From: an uncultured Chromatiaceae bacterium
Lineage (GTDB): Bacteria; Pseudomonadota; Gammaproteobacteria; Tenderiales; Tenderiaceae
Length of the DNA stretch: 64,000 nt
Direction: 5' to 3'
Assembly (NCBI GenBank): GCA_947259785.1
Contig: CAMYNQ010000001.1
Location: forward strand, 9,088 to 73,087
Part shown: one piece after another, positions 56,384-64,000 of the stretch
How the letters are laid out: the number at the start of each line of letters is the position of its first letter
How positions within the stretch are numbered: position 1 is the stretch's first letter
Notes under the pieces: model-generated
The model's input: only the letters and a program-made list of their open reading frames with translations
What the model was told of the DNA's origin: nothing
Database searches by the model: none
Program-made: the position numbers and the translations under genes

Positions 56384-57598
56384 TTAATGCTCAACCAATC
56401 GTTCATAGACTGACTGGTAGTTTGCTACACTTGCAGTCCAATTTCGCTCACACTCTACAAAACGACGCCCAGCCTCACGTACCGCTGGCCAATTTTTATG
56501 ACCAGCAAACACCTCCATGACACAATTGGCCAAGGCTTCGGCATTGCCGGCCGAAAAAAGCCAGCCCGTCTCCCGGTCGCGGATCAGTTCTTTATGGCCT
56601 CCCACGTCTGAGGCTATCAGCAAACGCCCCTGTGCCATCGCCTCCAAAGGTTTTAGTGGTGTAACCAAATCGGTAAGTCGCATCGAGAGCCTGGGATAGA
56701 CCAGCAGATCCACCAGGTTGTAGTAACTCTGTACCTCACTATGGGGCACTCGACCAGTAAAGACGACTTTATCCTCGATACCCAGCTCCTCTGCCAATTG
56801 CTTGAGATGGGCCTCCTGCGGACCACCTCCGACCAGCAGCACCCGAACCTCGGGATCGCTCTCAAGGATAGAGGGCAGTGCCTGCAACAGCAGACCCAAG
56901 CCCTCATAGGCGTAGAAAGAACCGAGGAATCCGAGTACCCGTTTATGCTCCAGTCCTAGTCGTGCCCGCAATATCGAATCAGGTTCACCGCCCATAGTGA
57001 ATTTGGAGATATCCACTGCGTTCGGAATCACCGTCACCTTATCACTTGACACACTGCGCCCTACAATCTCTTGGCGTAAGCCTTCGCAGATAGTAGTTAC
57101 AGCATCAGCACGCCGGATGACTCGCGTCTCCAACGCCCTGGTCAGGCGATAGCGCAGTCCCCACTCCTTGGCCGTGCCGTGATCCACAGCAGCGTCCTCC
57201 CAAAAGGCGCGTATCTCATATACAACGGGGATACCATGGCGCTTACCTACCCGGATTGCAGCCTCGCCATCGAGCATGGGCGAATGGGCATGCAACACGT
57301 CAGGCTTAACCTTGCCCACGACTTCATCCAGGCGCTTCTCCAGGATCGAAACTATCGCCCACTGATTGAAGATGGGTAGATCCGTCATCCACCCAGAGGA
57401 ATCGGGACAGCGAAAAAAATGCAGCCCATCAATCTCTTCCTCTTCCGCCTCTACCGTAGCGGCAAGATTATGTTTTGGACCTGTGACATGAAAGGTTTCC
57501 CAACCAAGCTTGCGTTGATGTTCCAGAATTGCCCGTGTACGGAAGGTATAACCACTATGCAATGGAATTGAATGATCCAGGACATGAAGGATACGCAT
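56384..57598 (-). CDS. GT4 glycosyltransferase of the exosortase-A-associated type
   Basis: MRILHVLDHSIPLHSGYTFRTRAILEHQRKLGWET matches the N-terminus I recall for the PEP-CTERM/XrtA-associated GT family. E-x7-E region LEAMAQGRLLIASDVGGHKELI. Confidence 0.75.
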   Translation of the reverse strand: MRILHVLDHSIPLHSGYTFRTRAILEHQRKLGWETFHVTGPKHNLAATVEAEEEEIDGLHFFRCPDSSGWMTDLPIFNQWAIVSILEKRLDEVVGKVKPDVLHAHSPMLDGEAAIRVGKRHGIPVVYEIRAFWEDAAVDHGTAKEWGLRYRLTRALETRVIRRADAVTTICEGLRQEIVGRSVSSDKVTVIPNAVDISKFTMGGEPDSILRARLGLEHKRVLGFLGSFYAYEGLGLLLQALPSILESDPEVRVLLVGGGPQEAHLKQLAEELGIEDKVVFTGRVPHSEVQSYYNLVDLLVYPRLSMRLTDLVTPLKPLEAMAQGRLLIASDVGGHKELIRDRETGWLFSAGNAEALANCVMEVFAGHKNWPAVREAGRRFVECERNWTASVANYQSVYERLVEH

Positions 57599-57655
57599 CA
57601 GCTCCCCCCCATAAAACGAACGCAAGAGGTTGCCGAACGCACGCTATATTGCATG

Positions 57656-58630
57656 TCAGGATATTTCATACAATTCTCCTCCCGCACTTCCCTTTGCAAT
57701 CGACAAAACCTCGTCAATAACTGACTGTTCCAATTCTTTCTGCCAGCTATCCGCCGCCTGTTTTGAATCACGAAAAACACTGTAATAACGATTATCAGCG
57801 GTGGTACTGCTCATGCCTAAAAACTCCCCTGTCTGCTCACTCCATGGCAAGCCGGTAAAAGCAAATAGGCGCTTGCTTTGCTCTATTGAATCCACACACA
57901 TATCTTCATAACGCAACACCAGACAATTAGGCAGGCCTTCGAGATCAGCAAGAACCTTTTCATTCGTCAACACCCAGCGCCAGGTCATACGGGCAACCGG
58001 GCTGAGTTCACGAAAATTATCGACACTCAATCCATGCCTCGTGGCCAACTCCAACTTTAGCAACGGCCTCATGTAATCAAGGTCGCGCCCTGGGTCATAA
58101 TCGGATTCAAATGTCTTCAGACGCTTACCCCTGAGCATGGAGGCAATGTAACCGCAGGGGTGTCTAACGATATAAACTCCCTTGATATCAGGAAAGTTCT
58201 TGGCAATAGCCGCTAGCCGCCCGGCACCCTCAATCGATTTCCAGACACGACGAACCGGTTTGTCTGGTGCAGCCCCAACAGGTGTCAAAATAGGAAAATT
58301 ATTCATCCAACGTGAAACCCCCTTTGCTGCCAGCACACTCAGACGGTGCGCGGCGTATCCTCCAGGCAGAAAATAGTTTTTGGGGAAAATGGGCGCTTTG
58401 CCTCGCACTTTTACGCCATTCAGACGCATCAGAACATCTAGATAGTCATGCAGCTTTTCACGATATTGCTCTCCTTCTGAAAACTCCACCAGGCGTGGAA
58501 TTTCACGGGTGCGAATAATACTGTCTGGCTCATGAAAATAGAGCGTCTGTGGATGGCTATCAAAAATCTTGCCCAACCAGGTTGTGCCGGAGCGAGGAGT
58601 ACCAAACAATAGAATCATACCTTCAAACAT
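57656..58630 (-). CDS. Sulfotransferase (7 of 7)
   Basis: ILLFGTPRSGTTWLGKIF (5'-PSB) and GVYIVRHPCGYIASML (3'-PB-like). The start (58630 or 58618) is uncertain. Confidence 0.75.
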   Translation of the reverse strand: MFEGMILLFGTPRSGTTWLGKIFDSHPQTLYFHEPDSIIRTREIPRLVEFSEGEQYREKLHDYLDVLMRLNGVKVRGKAPIFPKNYFLPGGYAAHRLSVLAAKGVSRWMNNFPILTPVGAAPDKPVRRVWKSIEGAGRLAAIAKNFPDIKGVYIVRHPCGYIASMLRGKRLKTFESDYDPGRDLDYMRPLLKLELATRHGLSVDNFRELSPVARMTWRWVLTNEKVLADLEGLPNCLVLRYEDMCVDSIEQSKRLFAFTGLPWSEQTGEFLGMSSTTADNRYYSVFRDSKQAADSWQKELEQSVIDEVLSIAKGSAGGELYEIS

Positions 58631-58660
58631 TATGTATACCGTAGATAGCAATATTTACCA

Positions 58661-60550
58661 TTACGCAAAACTTCTTCTTAAAAAGGCCTCAAACATCAAC
58701 AACGACCAGAGCGGCACACTATAATCACGCCGCCCCGACTGATGCTGATCCACCATTTCCTTGAGAAACTTGCTATCAAAATAGCCAGTATCGGCCAGTG
58801 CCGATCCTAATACCGCTTCACGCACCCGCTCCCGCAGCGGCCCACGGAACCAACTGGCCAGTGGCATGGAAAAGCCCATCTTCGGCCGATAGAGAATATC
58901 ATTGGGCAGATGGGGCTCCAGCGCCTTTTTGAATACTGCCTTGCCTTCGCTGCCCTTGAGTTTTAATTCAGGCGGCAACCCAGCCATCCACTCCACCAGT
59001 TTGTGATCGAGCAGCGGTACGCGCACCTCCAGCGAGTGAGCCATGCTGGCACGGTCCACCTTGGTGAGAATATCTCCTGCCAGCCAGGTCTTTATATCCA
59101 GATACTGCACGAAGGAAAGGGGGTGCTCTGGCGCATTCCGGGCATGCTCATGCAATACATTAATGGCACGATACCCCTGTAACTGGCGTCTGAATTGCTG
59201 ACTGAAGAGCCTGTCGCGCAGAGGGTCACCCATTTGCGAGACACTGTGGAAATAGCCACCCACACTGTCACGGGCCAGCGCTTCAAAAGTCGACTTGGCA
59301 CGTAACACCTTGGGCGCCCAGTCTGCCTTGGGATAAAGCCTGCCGAGAAGACCAAACAACGGTTGGCGGATTGCAGAGGGCAATAATTTGCGCAGCCTCT
59401 CTTCATTTTGATGCCAACGGTAACGTCGATAGCCAGTCAGGTTTTCATCGCCACCGTCACCGGATAAGGCCACCGTGACGCGCTTGCGCGCCAGTTGGCA
59501 GACGCGGTAGGTGGGCATGGCGGAACTGTCAGCAAAGGGCTCATCGTAGAGATTGGCCAATTTGTCGATAAGATCAAAGTCGTCCGGATTGACCTCTTCT
59601 ACCTGATGGTCGGTATGGTAGCGCTCAGCCACTTGGGCGGCGTAGCGGGCCTCATTAAACTTGGGATCACCAAAAGAGATGGAACAGGTATTCACCGCCT
59701 TATCGGATAGCTCCGCCATCATGGTCACAACGGCACTGGAGTCGACACCACCGGAGAGAAATGCGCCCAAAGGCACCTCTGCGATCAAACGAATATCGAC
59801 CGCCTCTTTCAGGCGCGCCATCAGCTCCTTGCCAGCCTCGTCCTCGTCCATAGGACTACGACTATCGAAGCATACATCCCAATACTGACGCGGCGACGGC
59901 ATTGCCTGGCCATGACGAATGGTGAGGGTATAGCCGGGCGGAAGCTTACGCGCCTGCCGCAGGATAGTTTTGGGGTCGGGCACATAGCCGTAGGCAAAAT
60001 AGTCCTCCACCGCCCGGGGGTCGATCTCCCGCTGCAGTCCTGGATGGGCCAATAGCCCCTTGAGCTCGGAGGCGAAGATGAGCTGTCCATCCGCCAGCTC
60101 CGCATAGTAGAGCGGCTTGATGCCGAGTCGATCACGCGCCATGAACAAGGCGCGCTGGTTGCGGTCCCACAGGGTAAAGGCGAACATGCCGCGGAAACGC
60201 TCGACGCAGGTCTCGCCCCACTCTTCCCAGGCATGAACAATGACCTCAGTATCGCAACGGGTGCGGAATACATGACCGCAATGGCTCAGCTCCTCGGCAA
60301 GTTCAGGAAAATTGTAAATCTCGCCATTGTAGACCACCACCACAGAGCCATCCTCATTAAACAAGGGCTGCTGGCCACTGGAAAGATCGATAATAGACAA
60401 GCGCCTATGCCCCAAGCCAACACCTGGTTCGGTATGGATGCCACCTTCATCGGGACCACGGTGAAGCTGAGTCTCGTTCATACGCGCCAGCAACGAGGCA
60501 TTGATCTCTCGTTGTTCGCGCATATCGAAGATGCCTACCAATCCACACAT
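58661..60550 (-). CDS. Asparagine synthase (glutamine-hydrolysing)-type amidotransferase, exosortase-A-system-associated
   Basis: MCGLVGIF (N-terminal Cys nucleophile) and the PP-loop FLSGGVDSS. Sits immediately downstream of xrtA, as in canonical XrtA loci. Confidence 0.9.
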   Translation of the reverse strand: MCGLVGIFDMREQREINASLLARMNETQLHRGPDEGGIHTEPGVGLGHRRLSIIDLSSGQQPLFNEDGSVVVVYNGEIYNFPELAEELSHCGHVFRTRCDTEVIVHAWEEWGETCVERFRGMFAFTLWDRNQRALFMARDRLGIKPLYYAELADGQLIFASELKGLLAHPGLQREIDPRAVEDYFAYGYVPDPKTILRQARKLPPGYTLTIRHGQAMPSPRQYWDVCFDSRSPMDEDEAGKELMARLKEAVDIRLIAEVPLGAFLSGGVDSSAVVTMMAELSDKAVNTCSISFGDPKFNEARYAAQVAERYHTDHQVEEVNPDDFDLIDKLANLYDEPFADSSAMPTYRVCQLARKRVTVALSGDGGDENLTGYRRYRWHQNEERLRKLLPSAIRQPLFGLLGRLYPKADWAPKVLRAKSTFEALARDSVGGYFHSVSQMGDPLRDRLFSQQFRRQLQGYRAINVLHEHARNAPEHPLSFVQYLDIKTWLAGDILTKVDRASMAHSLEVRVPLLDHKLVEWMAGLPPELKLKGSEGKAVFKKALEPHLPNDILYRPKMGFSMPLASWFRGPLRERVREAVLGSALADTGYFDSKFLKEMVDQHQSGRRDYSVPLWSLLMFEAFLRRSFA

Positions 60551-60623
60551 GAATTCATTATTTCCTTTATTCTTAGCCGCATGCGCCTTACCTGATCATG
60601 CCCCGTATCTCATTCCTACCCAG

Positions 60624-62174
60624 TCAGTTCAACGATGCACTCGCTTCGTTGAGGCTGGCTTCGATAGCTGGATACATATTGGTGATAAAACTTTCGATAA
60701 GGGCCTCTGCATCTGCTGTTTCTTCCTCAAACTCGGTAGCGATGATAATGCCTGCTGCATCCTTGCGCTGCCCCAGCAACGATCTCTTCACTTCCAGCAG
60801 CTTAGCCGCATAGGCATTGGCAGCGTATTCCCCGGCAAACCAGTCCCAATAATACACCCTCAGGTTTTGTGCAGAGGAACGCAGTTTCGCCTTCCTGATC
60901 GGAATCTGTTCACCGTTGAGCGACAACTTCGCCTGTTGGTTTCCGACCTGATGCCACACTGGATGCTTCTGCGTTATCATCACATTCTGAGTATTCACCA
61001 GTTCGGCATCCTGACGCTGGTAACTGTAATAGGCCAGATAGAGGCCCACCTTACGACCATCCATGATATAGGTCTGCTCCAGCTCAGCGTCCATACCGAG
61101 ATAGCGCGGCCGCCACTCCGTCAGAGGCTGCGAGGCTTTATACCAGCCAGACTGTTCATCAGGCACGTTGAGGCTCACAACCACACTGTCACCTTGTTGC
61201 GAGTTGATATATGCCCAAACAGGCCAAACACTGAGCACCAGAAAGATCGCACAAGCTGCCGTAAGCGTCGACTTATGACTAGCAGGCTTAGCCAAGATAG
61301 TGCCCGCAGATTGTTCGCTGGCGACTCCGTCAGACTGCTTGCTCTCATCTTCACGCCAGAAAGAGCCAATCCAGAACAACAGCATCATTACAAAACCGAA
61401 GAACACCCAGCCGTAGATGAAATGATCAACCCCATGAGCCAGCTTATTGTCGCTGAAATGAGCAATCATAACGATCATGTAAGCACGAAGACCATTGGCG
61501 ATAACAGGAACAATGAATGAAATGGCCACGAAAACCAGGCGCCGATAAATGCTGCGATAGGTCAAATAGGCATACAGACAACCCAAGGTCACTGCAGCGA
61601 TCAAATAACGCACCCCACTACAGCCCTCCACCACCGACCAGCGGCCGCTGGGGATTTCGAAAAACAGCCCCTCACGAAACACCGGGATGCCGGTAAGCTG
61701 CAGCATCATGACGGTGAAGTCAGCGGTAAAGTCCATCATCGGCGGGATCAGCCCCTCACCCATGGGCACGGCCAACACCAGAAAGCACAGCGGGAATAAT
61801 ATCCGGCGGGTGACCTGCCAACCCAGCATAGAAAATACAATCACAGGCAGCATGGCGACAAAGGCCAGCTGCTGCACCACCGCCACCGAGGCAAAATGGG
61901 CCAACAGCCAGCCAAAACCCAACATCACCAACAAGGGCAAACCCCACATAGTCGGCTGCGGTGTCAACAGACGCAACTCATCGCGCAGGCGCCAGATCAA
62001 AAATAGCGTAATCGGCAGGATAAAAAAGCCGTGGGCAAAGGTCTCGGAGCGCCACCAGATATCCACCATGGCGGCGGCGGTGGGATAAAACAGGGCCAGC
62101 AAGGCCAAACAGAGCAGGGCCGTCACAAGTATTGTTTGTTGCCAATTAGACGATTGTTGCGCCGGTTGATTCAT
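60624..62174 (-). CDS. xrtA: Exosortase A with a fused C-terminal EpsI-family domain
   Basis: Exosortase motifs FAHGFFILPITLFLIW, VVEGCSGVRYL (Cys), ANGLRAYMIV (Arg) and HGVDHFIYGWVFF (His). C-terminal ~200 aa: one TM helix plus an EpsI-like beta domain (WRPRYLGMDAELEQTY..VGLYLAYY). The ATG at 62174 overlaps the upstream stop (ATGA). Confidence 0.85.
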   Translation of the reverse strand: MNQPAQQSSNWQQTILVTALLCLALLALFYPTAAAMVDIWWRSETFAHGFFILPITLFLIWRLRDELRLLTPQPTMWGLPLLVMLGFGWLLAHFASVAVVQQLAFVAMLPVIVFSMLGWQVTRRILFPLCFLVLAVPMGEGLIPPMMDFTADFTVMMLQLTGIPVFREGLFFEIPSGRWSVVEGCSGVRYLIAAVTLGCLYAYLTYRSIYRRLVFVAISFIVPVIANGLRAYMIVMIAHFSDNKLAHGVDHFIYGWVFFGFVMMLLFWIGSFWREDESKQSDGVASEQSAGTILAKPASHKSTLTAACAIFLVLSVWPVWAYINSQQGDSVVVSLNVPDEQSGWYKASQPLTEWRPRYLGMDAELEQTYIMDGRKVGLYLAYYSYQRQDAELVNTQNVMITQKHPVWHQVGNQQAKLSLNGEQIPIRKAKLRSSAQNLRVYYWDWFAGEYAANAYAAKLLEVKRSLLGQRKDAAGIIIATEFEEETADAEALIESFITNMYPAIEASLNEASASLN

Positions 62175-63391
62175 GACTGTCCCTCCAATATCGGCAACAA
62201 GGCCTGTAGGCTGCTGTCCCAAGTATAGGTTTGTTCGATATGTTTTCTTGCCACCTGGCCCAGTCGTGCAGCCTTGCCTGGCTCGTCCAACAACTCCGCC
62301 ACGGCCAGGGCAAATGCCTGTGCCGACTCAGCCACCATCACTTCGTTGTTGACCTGAGCTTTAATGCCGTCGAAACCCTGTGGCGTCACCACTACCGCCT
62401 TGGCCATGGCCATGGCCTCTAGCACCTTGTTCTGCACTCCGCGGGCAATGCGCATTGGCGCCACAGCCAGAGCTGCATGGGCGAGGTAGGGACGTATCTC
62501 TTTTACCGCCCCGGTGACTGTGACTCCGGACAGACTATCCAGCGCTTGTACCTGGCGTGTGGGCCGGGCACCGACAATATAAAAGTGCACTGCCGCATGC
62601 GCCTTTCGCACCTCGGGCAACACCGCCTCGGCAAACCAGCTTACGGCATCGGCATTGGCCCAATAATCCATCGCCCCGGTAAAGACGACGGCCTGCTCAG
62701 CCTCGCCGTAGGGATTGGGATAATCACTATCAGGATTGAAATAGTCGATATCGACGCCGTTATCGGCATGGCTCACCTTCGCCGCCTCTATCCCCGGCAT
62801 AGAGGCAAACAACTCGGCCTCTTTGGCTGAAACGAACAGGCTGGCTTCAAATTCATCCGCCACCTGCTTATCAAACGCCAGCAAGGTGTCGGCCTCACGG
62901 CGGTAAATCCAATTCATCGGCCATGCCTTGGTGGCGGCATACTGTAGCCATTTGTCCGAGTCCACATCAACGAAATCGATCACCCGATGCTGGGGTGCCC
63001 ATTCAGGGCCCATCACATACTGGGCCATGGCCGAAGAGAACACCAACACAGCGTCAAAGTCATGCTGTTCTTTTTGCGCACTAATCCATGAATGCAATCC
63101 GGCATCATGGTAATAGGGGATCGACATCGGGCCGCCCCCCAACAAGGCCGGCAAGCTGCGCAGCTTTGACTGCAGCGGCTTGAGCGGTGCAGCATAAAAG
63201 TCCTGGCAGTATGTTTCCAAATCCTTGAGATAATGCCAATCATGGACATCATCGATGAAGGTGCCAAGATAGACCTGATAATGTTGTGCCAGAAATTTCA
63301 GGATGTTGAAGGAACGAATCTTGTCACCCTTGTTGGGGGGATACGGGATACGGTGTACCAGATAAAGCAGTTTTTTTTGATGCGCCCCCAT
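62171..63391 (-). CDS. PEP-CTERM/EpsH1-system-associated sugar transferase (GT-B fold)
   Basis: KKLLYLVHRIPYPPNKGDKIRSFNILKFLAQHYQVYLGTFIDD is the characteristic N-terminus of this XrtA-linked family as I recall it. Start at MGAHQKK (63391). Confidence 0.75.
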   Translation of the reverse strand: MGAHQKKLLYLVHRIPYPPNKGDKIRSFNILKFLAQHYQVYLGTFIDDVHDWHYLKDLETYCQDFYAAPLKPLQSKLRSLPALLGGGPMSIPYYHDAGLHSWISAQKEQHDFDAVLVFSSAMAQYVMGPEWAPQHRVIDFVDVDSDKWLQYAATKAWPMNWIYRREADTLLAFDKQVADEFEASLFVSAKEAELFASMPGIEAAKVSHADNGVDIDYFNPDSDYPNPYGEAEQAVVFTGAMDYWANADAVSWFAEAVLPEVRKAHAAVHFYIVGARPTRQVQALDSLSGVTVTGAVKEIRPYLAHAALAVAPMRIARGVQNKVLEAMAMAKAVVVTPQGFDGIKAQVNNEVMVAESAQAFALAVAELLDEPGKAARLGQVARKHIEQTYTWDSSLQALLPILEGQS

Positions 63392-63404
63392 GCCGTTAAC
63401 AATC

Positions 63405-64000
63405 TTAGCCCAGGTTCTTGACGATGTGCGGACCAATCAGACGCGTCATCGACAGCGGCAGTTTCTTCCAGGTATTGATGAAGAGACGATATTTCGGATT
63501 CAACGGATTTATATCCGGCACGGCATCAGCCTTGATCAAAACATATTCATGATGCAACGGTTGCGGTTCAAAGCCCCAATTCTTTTTAAAGTTATAAGCA
63601 CCGGTACCGACCTTGCTGCGACCATAGTCAAACACACGGATACCCTGCTCACAAGAGAGGCGCATCACTTCCCAGTACATAAAGTCGTTGCCCTTCACCG
63701 AGCGGGCCTCGGCCGTGCCGCCACCATAATAGGGCAACACCTGATCGCGGAAATAAAAGTTCATGACACTGGCAATCAACCGCCCTTCTTTGGTGATGGT
63801 CAGGATGCGGCAGTCATCTGCAAATACATCTTTCAATATTTGAAAATAACGTTTGGAAAAGACGGGCGTCCCCAGGGCATGAACACTCCGAGAATAGGCA
63901 TCATAAAAACGTTCTATTTCAGAATCCCAGCAACTCTCCAGGCCTGCCTTAATGCCCTTGCGCACCACGGCACGCTGCTTACGGGGAATATTTTTCAGGT
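63405..64000 (-). CDS. FemAB-family PEP-CTERM-system-associated protein, C-terminal part (5' end outside window)
   Basis: The frame is open to the window edge (..NIPRKQRAVVRKGIKAGLE..). FYFRDQVLPYYGGG and FDYGRSKVGTGAYNFKKNWGFEP are typical of FemAB/GNAT-fold peptidyltransferase-like proteins of XrtA loci. Confidence 0.75.
   Translation of the reverse strand, partial: LKNIPRKQRAVVRKGIKAGLESCWDSEIERFYDAYSRSVHALGTPVFSKRYFQILKDVFADDCRILTITKEGRLIASVMNFYFRDQVLPYYGGGTAEARSVKGNDFMYWEVMRLSCEQGIRVFDYGRSKVGTGAYNFKKNWGFEPQPLHHEYVLIKADAVPDINPLNPKYRLFINTWKKLPLSMTRLIGPHIVKNLG

Noticed and set aside
1-64000. Search for tRNA/rRNA genes, CRISPR repeats, IS elements, integrases, toxin-antitoxin pairs or defence-system genes
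   Set aside because: No regularly spaced direct repeats, no transposase, integrase or nuclease-like ORFs and no tRNA-like cloverleaf regions were noticed. Every ORF above about 170 aa has a plausible envelope or polysaccharide role. Visual scanning cannot exclude small RNAs.

Overview
About 3.2-64 kb of this window is one very large cell-surface polysaccharide locus of the exosortase A (XrtA)/PEP-CTERM type, from a Gram-negative, probably gammaproteobacterial, genome. No rRNA, tRNA, CRISPR array, transposase or integrase was recognised. The left edge (1-3.2 kb) is housekeeping: the argF 3' end, an orphan ABC ATPase, and a tandemly duplicated cytochrome c4 unit in which each copy has its own promoter-like element and terminator. 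The right edge (58.6-64 kb) is the canonical XrtA core: FemAB-like protein, PEP-CTERM-associated sugar transferase, XrtA fused to an EpsI-like domain, and asparagine-synthase-type amidotransferase. Between them lie about 45 biosynthetic genes. These include rfbBACD (dTDP-rhamnose), hddA/hddC/gmhB (GDP-heptose), about 12 GT2/GT4 glycosyltransferases, a Wzx-type flippase and an O-antigen-ligase-like protein. They also include a CE4 deacetylase, a WbsX-like protein and a CRTAC1/ASPIC FG-GAP protein. The most unusual content is: (i) seven sulfotransferase genes, one fused to a degenerate CysQ/PAP-phosphatase-like domain; (ii) two separate polyprenyl-phosphate-sugar modification modules. One module is GtrB/GtrA plus a YdjC deacetylase plus a GtrII-like membrane protein. 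The other is Arn-like: WecE, an ArnC-like GT2, a NeuD-type acyltransferase, an ATP-grasp enzyme, a CapK-like ligase, a UPF0104 membrane protein and a GT-C enzyme. (iii) a translationally coupled set of CapK-like ligase, alpha/alpha-toroid protein, formyltransferase and O-antigen-ligase-like protein; (iv) an approximately 7 kb cassette flanked by an intact and a decayed copy of the same exostosin-like gene. All family calls rest on motifs read by eye and on recalled family signatures. No search was run, so functions are hypotheses, and start codons other than the ORF-track ends are my own choices.
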